Part shown: positions 31,434 to 42,550 of the stretch, in pieces
Layout: each line of letters opens with the position of its first letter
Position numbering within the stretch: position 1 is the stretch's first letter
Assembly: GCA_038143065.1 (NCBI GenBank)
Contig: JAYQLI010000035.1
Location: forward strand, 352,001 to 416,000
DNA from: Rhodospirillales bacterium
Lineage (GTDB): Bacteria; Pseudomonadota; Alphaproteobacteria; Bin95
Direction of reading: 5' to 3'
DNA: 64,000 nt
Made by a program: the position numbers and the translations under genes
Notes under the pieces: model-generated
Told to the model about the DNA's origin: nothing
Seen by the model: the letters and a program-made list of their open reading frames with translations, nothing else
The model's database searches: none

Positions 31434-32702
31434 TCATTTTGAAGATTGCGCTACCTTTGAAACAGTGGCCTGATCAAACCCAGCCAGTTGTTTATATTTT
31501 GCAGCTACTTGTTCTCTTTCTTCCCTGCTAATTACATCATCTAGGTTTTTGAACCCATCAGGTGCTCTTTCGTGAACAATTTGCATTATTTCGTCGGGTC
31601 CTTGTCGTCGATTGGCAGCTACTATTGCTGCCGTGGCGGGAAGACGCTCAGCCTCGTACTTCTTAAGCGCTCCAGGGATATCGAATTTATCCTCCGCAAT
31701 GAAATTTGCTAAAGTTCGGGCATCGATAATTGCTTGGCTCGCACCGTTTGAACCTATTGGATACATTGGATGAGCGGCATCACCTAACAAAGTGACGGGC
31801 CCAAAACTCCATGCTGCAACAGGGTCTCGGTCAACCATTGGGAATTCAAAAATTTCGTTGGTGCTTTCAGCCAGCTTGGGATAGTCCAGCCAATCGTAAA
31901 CCCATTCCTTAAACTCTGGGAGAAAATCTTCTTTACGGCCTGCTTTATTCCAGCTCTCTTTGGTTGGAGCTGGATCGCCAGGTTGGCCAAGTGTGAGTTC
32001 TGCTATCCAATTTGTATAGCTTTTACCGCGTTCGAAGGCATTTCTTGAGATTGGATAGATTACTATTTTTTGATCAGCATGCCCTGCCATTATCATTGAT
32101 CGACCGGAAAGAAATGGAGTACTTTCGACCGCGGCGCGCCAGAGCACAGCTCCTGACCAGCGAGGCGGGCCTTCATCAGGGTAGAAGCCTGCTCGAACTG
32201 CTGAATGGATCCCATCAGCTGCAACAAGCGCATCAGTCATCAAGGGACCAGTCAATTCGTGAGTACTACGATCTTCTAACCAGACAGCGACTTTACCTGA
32301 AGTCGTTATTGTGTGTCTTTTATAGCTTAGGCCAAACCTAATGCTGTCTTTTGCAAGTCTTTGTTGAGCCGCTTCTAGGAGAATTTTTTGGAAATGTCCG
32401 CGGTGAATGGAAAATTGTGGAACAGGATAGCCAGCAGCTATACCTCTTGGCTCACGCCAAATTTCTTGTCCAAATTTATTGAAGTAACATAATTCCTTGG
32501 TTTCTATTCCGGTTTCACGAAGTCGGTCTTGCAGCCCGAGATCAGTCAGAATTGCAGTTGCGTGAGGGAGAACATTTATGCCCACTCCCAAAGGCTTTAT
32601 TTCACGAACTGATTCATAGATCGTTGGGTTAATACCTTTTTCCAGAAGAGATAGAGCAAGAGATAAACCTCCAATTCCTGCACCGATAATCATGACGTCC
32701 AT
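31434..32702 (-). CDS. FAD-dependent monooxygenase (salicylate hydroxylase-like)
   Basis: GAGIGG, ADGIHS, GDAAHPMYPIGSNGASQAI. Confidence 0.9.
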   Translation of the reverse strand: MDVMIIGAGIGGLSLALSLLEKGINPTIYESVREIKPLGVGINVLPHATAILTDLGLQDRLRETGIETKELCYFNKFGQEIWREPRGIAAGYPVPQFSIHRGHFQKILLEAAQQRLAKDSIRFGLSYKRHTITTSGKVAVWLEDRSTHELTGPLMTDALVAADGIHSAVRAGFYPDEGPPRWSGAVLWRAAVESTPFLSGRSMIMAGHADQKIVIYPISRNAFERGKSYTNWIAELTLGQPGDPAPTKESWNKAGRKEDFLPEFKEWVYDWLDYPKLAESTNEIFEFPMVDRDPVAAWSFGPVTLLGDAAHPMYPIGSNGASQAIIDARTLANFIAEDKFDIPGALKKYEAERLPATAAIVAANRRQGPDEIMQIVHERAPDGFKNLDDVISREEREQVAAKYKQLAGFDQATVSKVAQSSK

Positions 32703-32778
32703 GGTTTGAAGTTTCCCTCGTGACTGACCGACTTAATGGCTTTACTTTATGGTTAAACATATCTTTGGATTTTTGAAA

Positions 32779-33687
32779 ATGTCACATGCAAAACCAGCGC
32801 TCGCTTTAACTCCAGTCCCTGGTCGCCGTCGGCTTGTAGTTGAGGCGGCAAAAGCAATGGAGGAGCGAGGTTATGCCGGGCTTTATTGCCCTTCTACCCT
32901 TGGCGGTATGTCTTTGGTTGAAGCATTGGCTTGGAACACCCAAAGCATGCCTTTTGGCATCACCGTTGCGCCTATTTATGCCCGTGTTCCCGAGGATTAC
33001 TCAGAAACATCAGCTTGTATTCATGAGATTTCTGAGGGTCGTTTCAGGTTGGGTGTTGGTGTTAGCCACGGGCCTACTCAAAAAAGGTTTCGGACACCTG
33101 TGGGGAAGCCAATAAGTGATATGCGAGATTTCGTGGTTCGTTACAAGGAATGGACGGGTGCTGGAGATCCTGCACCATTAACTCTAGCTGGGATGCGGCC
33201 ACGTATGATTAAGCTGGCAGGGGAGATGGCTGATGGTCTTGTTTTTGCAAATGCAGCTCTCAGTCAGGCTTCAAAATCACTTGGGCTTCTCCCAGCTGAT
33301 AAGTTGAAGAATGATGAGTTTTTCATCGGTTGCATGACGCCTACATGCATTAGTGACGATGTTGAGGCAGCAAAAGCTGTTCATAAAAGGACCCTCGCAC
33401 GCTATGTGCAGCTCCCTTACTACCGTGAATACTGGCGAGAGTCTGGTTACGAAGAAGAGATGGCCGAGATCGATAAGTTGGTTGACACCGGTGAGACGGC
33501 AGCAATTTTTGATAAGCTCTCGGATCGTTGGTTAGATGATGTTACACTTTTAGGGTCGGCAAACAGAGTTCTTGAAAAACTTGAGGCCTGGCGTGAAGCT
33601 GGGAGTAAGACTCCAATATTGGTTCCATCCTCTGCTTCTGGAAACCAATTAAAGGCTGTTCAAGAGATTTTCCAGATTTTTGGGTAA
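32779..33687 (+). CDS. LLM-class flavin-dependent oxidoreductase
   Basis: GRFRLGVGVSH, AGMRPRMIKLAGEMADG. Confidence 0.8.
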   Translation: MSHAKPALALTPVPGRRRLVVEAAKAMEERGYAGLYCPSTLGGMSLVEALAWNTQSMPFGITVAPIYARVPEDYSETSACIHEISEGRFRLGVGVSHGPTQKRFRTPVGKPISDMRDFVVRYKEWTGAGDPAPLTLAGMRPRMIKLAGEMADGLVFANAALSQASKSLGLLPADKLKNDEFFIGCMTPTCISDDVEAAKAVHKRTLARYVQLPYYREYWRESGYEEEMAEIDKLVDTGETAAIFDKLSDRWLDDVTLLGSANRVLEKLEAWREAGSKTPILVPSSASGNQLKAVQEIFQIFG

Positions 33688-33836
33688 GTTTTCGTAAGCC
33701 CAGTTCAGACCTGATGAGTGGGAATTATTATTTCCAAGTGTTTCATCAAAATTAACGCGATAATTTTACACGCTTTACTTCCCGAATGACAAAATTGGGC
33801 TACTTCTAGGACTGCACATAAGGATACAACCATACA

Positions 33837-34034
33837 ATGAATGCTTTTCTTGCTTTTCTAATACCCGCAGCAATCATCGCGACCGCCATTGTGTTGATTA
33901 TTGGGCTTGGCGGATTTGCTGGTGGTGGTAATTTCAATAAGAAATATGGAAATAAGCTCATGCAGATGCGCGTCCTGCTCCAAGGCGTGGCTGTCGGGCT
34001 TATCGTTATTTTGATAGTGGCGACGTCATCCTAA
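33837..34034 (+). CDS. HIG1-domain twin-transmembrane-helix small protein
   Basis: Two TM helices, NKLMQMRVLLQG motif. Confidence 0.85.
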   Translation: MNAFLAFLIPAAIIATAIVLIIGLGGFAGGGNFNKKYGNKLMQMRVLLQGVAVGLIVILIVATSS

Positions 34035-34036
34035 AT

Positions 34037-34714
34037 TTAATTACTTAACGTGTTCAGAAATCGGGCTAGTGACTCTGGGGGAAAGCTTTTAGGCCATTGA
34101 GCTGGTCTATCTAAAGCCTTATCTAGTAAAACTTTGAATTTACTTCGGGTTATTTCTTTTGCACCAAATTGCTCGAGGTGTGGATTGGGAAATTGTGCGT
34201 CTAGTAAGGTAAACCCGCCATAATGCAGTCTAGCTGCTAGATGGACGAGAGCAATTTTTGATGCATCCCGATCACGGCTGAACATGCTCTCACCAAAAAA
34301 GGCGCCACCTAAAGATAGTCCATAGAGGCCGCCAACTAGCTGGTCCCCATTCCAGCATTCTACTGTATGGGCATGCCCAAGATCGAAGAGTTCTCGGAAA
34401 AGTTTTTTTATAGGCAGATTAATCCAGGTATCCTCTCGTCCGCGAGAGGGAGCAGCTTCCGCGCACCCGTCTATCACTTGATCGAAAGCTGTATCCGATC
34501 TTACCTTCAACGATGTATTGCGTATTGTTCTTCTAAGTCTTCTTGGAACCTTAAAATTTTCAAGGGGTAAAATCCCTCGGGTCCGTGGATCCACCCAAAA
34601 GACTGTTTCGCAATCTTTTTCCTCAGCCATCGGAAATACGCCTATAGCGTAGGCGCGTAGGGCCAAATTGGCGGTTAATTCTATTTGCTCTTCAGTGTTA
34701 GCATTTTCTCCCAA
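34037..34714 (-). CDS. aat: Leucyl/phenylalanyl-tRNA--protein transferase
   Basis: RAYAIGVFPM, TWIN, AHTVECW, GGLYG, FFGESMFS, DASKIAL; start probably TTG 34714. Confidence 0.95.
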   Translation of the reverse strand: MGENANTEEQIELTANLALRAYAIGVFPMAEEKDCETVFWVDPRTRGILPLENFKVPRRLRRTIRNTSLKVRSDTAFDQVIDGCAEAAPSRGREDTWINLPIKKLFRELFDLGHAHTVECWNGDQLVGGLYGLSLGGAFFGESMFSRDRDASKIALVHLAARLHYGGFTLLDAQFPNPHLEQFGAKEITRSKFKVLLDKALDRPAQWPKSFPPESLARFLNTLSN

Positions 34715-34715
34715 T

Positions 34716-36074
34716 TTAATATCTCTTCCATCCGGGTTGTTTGAGGCCCCATAAGTTGAGCAATCCAAACATTATTATGCTGACAGAGATGCATAAAAAA
34801 ATACTTTTAAGGGATTCAGGTTGTATCAAGAATGCGGAAACCAAAATAATGGTTAATCGGGCTGCTACTGCAAAAGTAGGATACCGGGTTTGCTTTGCTC
34901 CAAGGCTGGCAAAGTAAATGGATAGACCAAGCCCAAGAAAGAAATAAGCTGGTCCGACATATGCCATGTAGAGGCTCCCAGCCTCAATAGTTTGTTGGTT
35001 GTCGGTAAATAACCCTAAAACAGTCTCTGGAACGATGAAACAAACTACGCCTACTGAGCCAGTTAAGATGCCTGCGATTACCCCTCCGATTAATGCTGCA
35101 TTATGTGCTCTTTTCCAATTCCCAGCTCCAACGTTCGTTGCAACAATCGTTGTGAGCACCGTTCCAATTCCAAAAACGACAGGGACCATCAGCAATTCTA
35201 ATCTTGCCCCTAGGCCATAACCAGCCAGAGCTTCTGTGCCACTTTGTGTGACTAGAATTGTTGCTGTCAAAACCGTTGCAACGTTCATGACAGGAGAAGT
35301 TAATGCGATCAATCCGACTTTCAGAATGTCCCAAAAATACTCCAACCGAAGACAGATTTTTGACTTTAGAAATGGGAGCCCCGTATGCCCGCTCAAAATA
35401 TAAGCTGAGAGAAAAATAGTTCCTAGTGTGAAGCCAATAAAATGGCCATATGCTGCCCCCGCAATCCCTAAATTTGGGAAGGGCCCAAGACCCAGAGTAA
35501 GGCTTGCACCAAGAGTTATTTGAACCGAAAAGGCAAGTGTTACACCAGCTGTTGCAATCGAAATTGCTCCTGTGCCACGTGCTATACTAGCAAGGGTATT
35601 AAGCAACCAAACCGAAGGGGCGCCGAGAAATACGATGCCTGCTTAGGTTAAAGCGCCTGGTCTAGTTAGGTCGGTGGCCCCAAGGGCGTCGAGTACTTTC
35701 GCTCCGTGCCCTAGCATAATTGTTTGGAAGAGTACTGCGCCCAATAAAGCAACAATCAGTGAGTGTATGGCTAGGTTAGCTGCACGATCTATTTCACCTG
35801 CTCCAATTGCCCGAGCAATTGCAGAATTTATAGCCCCGCCCATAGCGCCGGCAGACATCATCTGCATAAGGATAAGTATGGGATATACGAGAGCAATAGA
35901 GGCAAGTGCCTCTATGCCTAGCTCGCTGACATACCAGGCTTCAGCAATCTGAGCACCGATTTGCACAGCAACAAATGGAATGTTTATTAAAGAAAGTCGG
36001 AGTATTGTTGTCGCAATTGGGCCGTTCAGGATTTCATGTGTACGGTTCTCTCGGATAGCTGATCCTCTTATCAA
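34716..36074 (-). CDS. MATE family efflux transporter, interrupted by one in-frame TAA (35643-35645)
   Basis: AGAMGGAINSAIARAIGAG, LGIAGAA, AGYGLGARLE; both ORFs are in the same frame (ALT*AGIVF). Confidence 0.85.
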
Positions 36075-37297
36075 TTACCCGATGATCCTTTAATTATTTT
36101 TCGGTCATGTAGTTTGCCGATGGCCCCTGCCGTCAGCCCAAGGATATTAGCAAGGACTTCATCTGTATGCTGCCCAAACCGTGGAGCTGGGGCAGGCGCA
36201 AGTCGCTTTAGGCCCTCAAACCACATGGGTGCACCAGGAATTGGGAAGGCTGCGCCGTTTAAATTAGGCTGTGCGATAGTTTCGAAAAGAGGATTGTCTG
36301 CATAGAGATACTCATCGTTAAGAGATTGACGGAACGATTGATAGCCTGACCAAAGTGCTCCGGCTTTTTCTAAAGTCATGGCAACATCATTATAATCTCT
36401 AGCTCCAATCCATGTACCCACTATTGATTCGACTTCGGTGCGGACTTGGTAGCGAGATGCTTCATCTTCTAGTTTTATTCCATGTTTAGTCTCAATTTCG
36501 GCAAAACTGCCGTCACTCCCCATAATCTCTTTAACAGCTTTCACATGCCTGGGAGTGAACATACAAAGCATTACCCATTGGCCATCCCTGGTTTTGAACG
36601 TCTGTCCAAATGTTCCAAAAATTTGATTTCCAAGTCGTTGACGGTCGCTTTGATTTAGAGATGCTTCTCCGACATAACCTAAATTTGCGGTTGTCCATAA
36701 AGCAACATCGAGAAGTGAGAGTTTTATCAGAGAGCCAGCTCCAGTTCTTGACCGCCGACGTTCGGCCGCCAGAAGACTTGTAGAAATGGTAAGTCCGGCG
36801 CCGATGTCCCACGCAGGTAGAACATTGTTAACGGGGCCATCTGTTTGTGTCGGACCAGTCACCATTGGGAATCCGGTCATAGCATTGACGGTATAATCAA
36901 CGTGAGGGGCACCATCCCGGGCTCCCGTCAAGGCAACCATGATCAGGTCGTCGCGTCGAGCTTTAAGATTTTCATAAGCAGACCAGCCTCGAGCCGGAAG
37001 GTTGGTCAGGAACATACCTGCGTCTGCCCCCGGAGCTGTTGCTATAGCTGTTAAAAGTTCTCTCCCTTCCTCTGACCTTACATCGACAAGTATAGATTTT
37101 TTGCCTTTATTCATTCCTGCCCAGTAGAGTGACTGTCCATCGGAGGTTACTGGCCAGCGTTCATGATCAAGGCCACCATTGATGTCATCGAACCTTATTA
37201 CGTCTGCTCCGAGCTGTGCGAGTGTCATCCCGCCAAGAGGAGCTGCTACAAACGCAGATCCTTCAAGGATGCGCATACCAGAGAGAAGATCATACAT
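36071..37297 (-). CDS. mct: Mesaconyl-CoA C1-C4 CoA transferase (2-methylfumaryl-CoA isomerase)
   Basis: EGSAFVAAPLGGMTLAQLGADVIRFD..GGLD..RWPVT..WAGMNKGK, VDYTVN, VLPAWD match the Mct subfamily of family III CoA-transferases as I recall it. Confidence 0.8.
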   Translation of the reverse strand: MYDLLSGMRILEGSAFVAAPLGGMTLAQLGADVIRFDDINGGLDHERWPVTSDGQSLYWAGMNKGKKSILVDVRSEEGRELLTAIATAPGADAGMFLTNLPARGWSAYENLKARRDDLIMVALTGARDGAPHVDYTVNAMTGFPMVTGPTQTDGPVNNVLPAWDIGAGLTISTSLLAAERRRSRTGAGSLIKLSLLDVALWTTANLGYVGEASLNQSDRQRLGNQIFGTFGQTFKTRDGQWVMLCMFTPRHVKAVKEIMGSDGSFAEIETKHGIKLEDEASRYQVRTEVESIVGTWIGARDYNDVAMTLEKAGALWSGYQSFRQSLNDEYLYADNPLFETIAQPNLNGAAFPIPGAPMWFEGLKRLAPAPAPRFGQHTDEVLANILGLTAGAIGKLHDRKIIKGSSGN

Positions 37298-37511
37298 TTT
37301 GTGAGTGTCCCAAATTATAATTACAACGGAATTTTAGCTGTACTGAACACAGCCTTAATTCGCACAAAATTCAAGATAATCTGAAATTCTTTTTTACTAT
37401 TTTTACCCAGAGTTAGCCGAACGGTTAAAAAAATTTGTGTCTTGAGCGTATTAATGTGTTTTGGCACATTCTACTGTAACATTGAAGTCGCGAAAGAAAG
37501 CAGGAGGGGGC

Positions 37512-38326
37512 ATGTACGTTGTTCTCGCGCCAGTTACTGAATCTGGCTTGGAAAGCATTTGTTCTATTGCCTTGCATTGTGGAAACCATATTGCTGTATC
37601 CAACGTGGAAGGTCTACATGTTAGGGCTGAGCCGAGTGTTATTTTGGCTGCTGATGAGACCGGGGCGGCAACTCCTGCCTTAATAAGAAACTTAGAGACT
37701 GAAGAGGCAGAGAGAAGCAATCGCGTTCGTCAGGCTTTTGAAGCTTCAATGTCTAGACAGACAGACATTAGAGTCTCGTGGACGGAACTGCGTGCAACAG
37801 ATCTTGATCTGGGAGCATATGCACGACTTTTTGACTTTGTAATTCTTTCTCGGCCTGATCAAGCCAATGATACCCCGTCGATGGGCCTAATTGAGGCAGC
37901 TCTTTTTGATAGTGGACGTTTTTTAATTATTGCTCCCCTAAACCAGTAGAAACGTTCGCGGATCGTATAGTGATTGCGTGGAATGGTGGAGCTGAAACAG
38001 CACGATCCATCGCTTGTGCGCGACCATTTTTACGACAGGCGTCTGATGTTATTTTACTCCAGGTGGAAGAGGGAATGACCCCGGGGCCTGATGCGGATGA
38101 TGTAGCCGTATACTTGGCTGGAATTGGTATAAAAGCGCGGGTGCAAAAGATGAAATCTGGAGCTCTTAGTGCTGGTGCAGCAATCCTTGATGGAGCTACT
38201 GAATTAGGCTGTGATCTACTTGTAAAGGGTGGATATACGCGCAGTAGATTGCGGCAAACAATTTTTGGTGGTCCCACAGTCCATATCCTGCAAAATGCAG
38301 AAATGCCCGTGTTGATGTCACGGTAA
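37512..38326 (+). CDS. Universal stress protein, tandem USP domains (frameshift ~37940)
   Basis: AGGAGG RBS and ATG 37512; IAWNGGAETARS, LLVKGGYTRSRLRQTIFGGPT. Confidence 0.9.
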
Positions 38327-38346
38327 AAAGGGCTATCTGCTAATTA

Positions 38347-39354
38347 ATGCAGGAATTTAAATTTGATTGGCTGAAGTTGCGCCCTGAGGGTCTGTATTGT
38401 CAGCCGGCGGACTGTTTCATCGATCCTGCAAAAGCAGTCCCACGCGCTTTGATAACGCATGGGCATGCAGATCACGCCCGGCCAGGGCATAAAAAGGTTC
38501 TTGCAACAAAAGAAACCCTAAGAATTATGAAGGTTCGGTATCCTTCAGATTTGGCCCAACACCAACAATTAAATTTTGGTGAAAAAATTCAAATAGGCGA
38601 GGTTACTGTTTGGTTAGCCCCTGCGGGACATATATTAGGCAGTGCTCAGGTGGTAATGGAATATCGGGGGCAACGCGCGGTCGTTTCGGGTGACTATAAA
38701 CGTCAAATGGACCCTACAGCTATTCCTTTTGAACCTATTCTCTGCGATCTCTTCGTTACTGAGGCAACTTTTGCGCTTCCAGTTTTCAGGCACCCAAAAC
38801 CGGAAACACAACTTGAAAAGCTTCTCTCCTCCCTTCAAGCTTTTCCGGAGCGCCCACATTTATTGGGGGTTTATGGGCTTGGTAAGTGTCAAAGAATACT
38901 CTTTTTGCTTCGGGGTCTTGGTTTCGATGCTCCAATATATCTGCACGGAGCACTTGTTGGATTGACAGAGCTTTATAGCTCATTGGGTTTTGACTTTGGT
39001 AATCTTTTACCTGTTCAAGGGGCTGCCAAGTCTGATTTATCATCAGCTCTAGTATTAGCGCCGCCATCTGCCACGATAGATCGTTGGTCTCGACGATTTA
39101 GCGATCCGCGCATAGGCATAGCGTCTGGCTGGATGCAGGTTCGTGGTAGAGCGCGTCAGCGTAGGGCGGAGGTTCCTCTGATAATTTCGGACCATGCTGA
39201 TTGGGACGATCTGCTTCGAACTTGTAATGAGACGCAGGCAGAAACTGTTTGGATTACTCATGGGCGGGAGGATGCGCTTGCATATGAGTTGGGCAAGCGA
39301 GGCCAAAAGGCTATTCCTCTTCGTTTAAGTGGTCGCCAAGAAGAGAGCGAATAA
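38347..39354 (+). CDS. Ligase-associated DNA damage response exonuclease (MBL/beta-CASP fold)
   Basis: ITHGHADHARPG, AGHILGSAQ, SGDYK, TEATF, SDHADW. Confidence 0.9.
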   Translation: MQEFKFDWLKLRPEGLYCQPADCFIDPAKAVPRALITHGHADHARPGHKKVLATKETLRIMKVRYPSDLAQHQQLNFGEKIQIGEVTVWLAPAGHILGSAQVVMEYRGQRAVVSGDYKRQMDPTAIPFEPILCDLFVTEATFALPVFRHPKPETQLEKLLSSLQAFPERPHLLGVYGLGKCQRILFLLRGLGFDAPIYLHGALVGLTELYSSLGFDFGNLLPVQGAAKSDLSSALVLAPPSATIDRWSRRFSDPRIGIASGWMQVRGRARQRRAEVPLIISDHADWDDLLRTCNETQAETVWITHGREDALAYELGKRGQKAIPLRLSGRQEESE

Positions 39355-39367
39355 ACGGAGGAAAACA

Positions 39368-40952
39368 ATAGAAACATTTTCACGACTTCTTGATAGCTTG
39401 GTATTCAGCAGCTCAAGGAATGAAAAACTCAGGCTCATTCAAAAATATTTACGTATGACACCGGACCCTGCTCGGGGCTACGCTCTTGCGGCCTTGACTG
39501 GCGATCTAAAAATTCCCGCTGCTAAAAGCGCCACTATTCGGTCTCTTGTAGAAAAGAGGATGGATGCCGAGCTTTTTGCCATGTCCTATGATTATGTAGG
39601 GGATATGGCTGAAACGGTGGCTCTGATTTGGACAGATGTAAAATATTCTCCTCCTACATTTATAGAAGTTATTGAGGGGCTGCAAAAAGCTAACAAAGCA
39701 TCTGCTGCTCTTGCATTAGAGAGATGGTTGGACCGTTTGGACACCACGGGGCGATGGGCTTTATTGAAGCTTGCAACAGGAGGGTTGCGCGTTGGGGTAT
39801 CTGCAAGACTTGCAAAGATAGCTGTTGCTCAGGAATTTAAGGTTTCTGCAGATGAGGTGGAGGAAATCTGGCATTCGATAGAGCCGCCTTATGAAGAGCT
39901 TTTTGGGTGGCTAGAAGGGGTGGGGGAAAAACCTAATTATACTTTAGGTGCTGGATTTAGACCTGTAATGCTAGCGAACCCCTTGGACGAGGGCCTGCTC
40001 AGCCAGCTTGATCCATTAAGCTACGTGGCTGAATGGAAATGGGATGGTATTCGTGTTCAAGCTATTTCCCGAGGTGGTGAAAGGAAGCTGTACACAAGAA
40101 CGGGAGAGGATATTGGAAATAGCTTTCCTGATATTCTTAATAGTCTTGAGTTTGATGCTGTTATTGACGGCGAGTTACTCATAAAGAGTCAAAAATCACT
40201 CAAATTGCACGAGGCTGCGCCCTTTTCTGTGCTTCAAAAAAGGCTAGGCCGTAAACGACCCAGCACCAAAATTATTTCTGAAATGCCAGCTTTTATCCGG
40301 GCTTATGATCTTCTTTTTGAAGGTGAAGAGGATTTAAGAGGTTTTGCTTTTGAAGATCGACGCAAGCGACTGGAGATTTGGGCTAAGAACGCTCCACGCA
40401 CAATTGATATTTCGGCAACAATTCCATTCAAAACATGGCAGGAGTTATCGAAGATCCGCTCTGAAGCGCGAGAAACCGGCATTGAGGGGCTAATGTTAAA
40501 GAGGAAATCCTCTTTTACCTATCAGGGCGTCCAAAAAATCAATGGTATAAATGGAAAGAGAACCTCTCACTCTGGACCTAGTGTTGATGTACGCTCAACG
40601 GGGGCACGGTCGCCGGTCATCGTATTACTCTGATTTTACATTAGGTGCTTGGAGCGATGCTGAGACGCTTGTTCCGGTGTGTAAAGCCTATTCTGGATAC
40701 ACCGATAAGGAATTGATAAAGATTGATAAATGGGTGCGTGAGCACACAAATGATCGATTTGGCCCAGTGCGGTCAGTTACACCGGGCCTCGTTCTAGAAA
40801 TTGCATTTGATGCAGCTCAATATTCTAAACGGCATAAGTCGGGCGTTGCTCTGCGTTTTCCCAGAATAAAACGTTTAAGATGGGATAAACCAATAAGTGA
40901 GGCTGAAACACTTAAACATGTGAGAAGCCTCATCCAAGAACCAGAGTTTTAG
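39368..40952 (+). CDS. ATP-dependent DNA ligase, damage-response type (frameshift ~40510)
   Basis: SYDYVGD.AET, EWKWDGIR, EGLMLKR, SGVALRFPRI..LRWDKP; start seen as ATA after GGAGG. Confidence 0.9.
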
Positions 40953-41419
40953 TCGTCATCAAGACTAATGGGTACGCCAGCGAGCCTTTTCGACGTTTGA
41001 ATAATAGGAAAAGACGTTACTTTAAGGACGTCCGTGATACTCGTGAGCCTCTGTGTTAATTCATTTTCATGACTTGTGTCCCGGGCTATAATTCTAAGAA
41101 GAAAATCACCTCCTCCGCGAATCATATGACATTCTCTCACTTCTTCCCAAAGTGAAACAGCTGTTTCAAAGGCTTTAAGCCGATCCAAGGCTTGGCTTTC
41201 TAAACCAACAAGAACATAAAATTCAGCCTCATACCCAAGCATGCTCGGCTCAAGATCTGCGTGATAACCTCTGATATAACCCTCATCCTCTAATAGTCTA
41301 AGGCGGCGAAGAGAGGGGGGTGGTGAGATGCCAGCATTTGTTGCTAATTCCACGTTAGAAATTCGGCCGTCGTTTTGAAGGTCAGATAGTATCTTTCTGT
41401 TAATTCGGTCTAATTTCAT
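40949..41419 (-). CDS. Lrp/AsnC family transcriptional regulator
   Basis: LDRINRKILSDLQNDGRISNVELA; divergent from trxB. Confidence 0.92.
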   Translation of the reverse strand: MKLDRINRKILSDLQNDGRISNVELATNAGISPPPSLRRLRLLEDEGYIRGYHADLEPSMLGYEAEFYVLVGLESQALDRLKAFETAVSLWEEVRECHMIRGGGDFLLRIIARDTSHENELTQRLTSITDVLKVTSFPIIQTSKRLAGVPISLDDD

Positions 41420-41581
41420 ATTCTACAGTCCTTCATTTCACAGCCAATTTTCAATTTAACAATTTAAAGCACTTTTGCAGCTGAATTGGATCAAATTATG
41501 TCTTGTCAGAAGACACTACGGATTGTTCCTGGCATCATACAAATATTGTTGATTCGTTAGTTTCTTCGAAAGGTTTTAGTA

Positions 41582-42550
41582 ATGTCGGCCCAGCATACCA
41601 CAAAGGTTCTAATCATCGGATCCGGTCCAGCTGGCTACACCGCTGCAATATATGCAGCGAGAGCAGGGTTAGAGCCTGTCCTAGTTCAAGGTCTAGCACC
41701 AGGTGGACAACTGACTATTACGACAGATGTCGAAAACTATCCTGGCTTTGGTGACGTAATCCAAGGGCCTTGGCTGATGGACCAAATGCGTGAGCAGGCA
41801 GAAAAAGTAGGCACCCGTCTTGTTTATGATATTATTAGTGAGGTGGACTTTTCTGAACAACCGTTCGTTTGCAAAGCAGATTCTGGAGATGAGTTCGTTG
41901 CTGACAGCGTTATTATCGCAACGGGAGCTGAGGCTAAGTGGCTTGGTTTAGAGAGTGAACAGAAATTTATGGGATTTGGAGTTTCTGCTTGCGCTACATG
42001 TGATGGATTTTTCTTTAGAGACAAAGAAGTAGCGGTAATTGGCGGAGGCAACACAGCTGTAGAGGAAGCTCTTTATCTTACAAACCATGCAAAAAAGGTG
42101 ACGGTTATCCATCGTCGAGGAGAATTTCGAGCTGAAAAAATTCTTCAAGACCGTCTTGCGCGCAATCCAAAAATTAAAGTTATTTGGGACAGTGTGCTAG
42201 AGGAAGTGAAAGGCGACGATAACCCTCTTGGTGTAAATTCTATATCAATCCGAAATGTTAAGTCGAATGAGCTTAAAGACTTATCAGTTGATGGTGTCTT
42301 TGTGGCGATTGGTCATCGTCCAAATACAGATGTTTTCCAAGGCAAGGTGGATTTAGATGCGGAGGGGTATATCCAGCCAGTTGATTCATCAACACGAACA
42401 AATGTACCCGGTGTCTTCGCGGCTGGAGACGTCCGAGACAAGGTTTACCGTCAGGCTGTAACCGCCGCTGGTATGGGCTGCATGGCCGCTTTAGATGCAG
42501 CGGGCTGGCTTGCTGAGCAAGAGGACGCGGTAAGCGTAGCTGCAGAATGA
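41582..42550 (+). CDS. trxB: Thioredoxin reductase
   Basis: GSGPAGYTAA, CATCDG, GGGNTAVEE, YRQAVTAAGMG. Confidence 0.98.
   Translation: MSAQHTTKVLIIGSGPAGYTAAIYAARAGLEPVLVQGLAPGGQLTITTDVENYPGFGDVIQGPWLMDQMREQAEKVGTRLVYDIISEVDFSEQPFVCKADSGDEFVADSVIIATGAEAKWLGLESEQKFMGFGVSACATCDGFFFRDKEVAVIGGGNTAVEEALYLTNHAKKVTVIHRRGEFRAEKILQDRLARNPKIKVIWDSVLEEVKGDDNPLGVNSISIRNVKSNELKDLSVDGVFVAIGHRPNTDVFQGKVDLDAEGYIQPVDSSTRTNVPGVFAAGDVRDKVYRQAVTAAGMGCMAALDAAGWLAEQEDAVSVAAE

Noticed and set aside
33711-33760. CTGATGAG hammerhead-like core
   Set aside because: No correctly placed GAAA after stem II, and no closing stems
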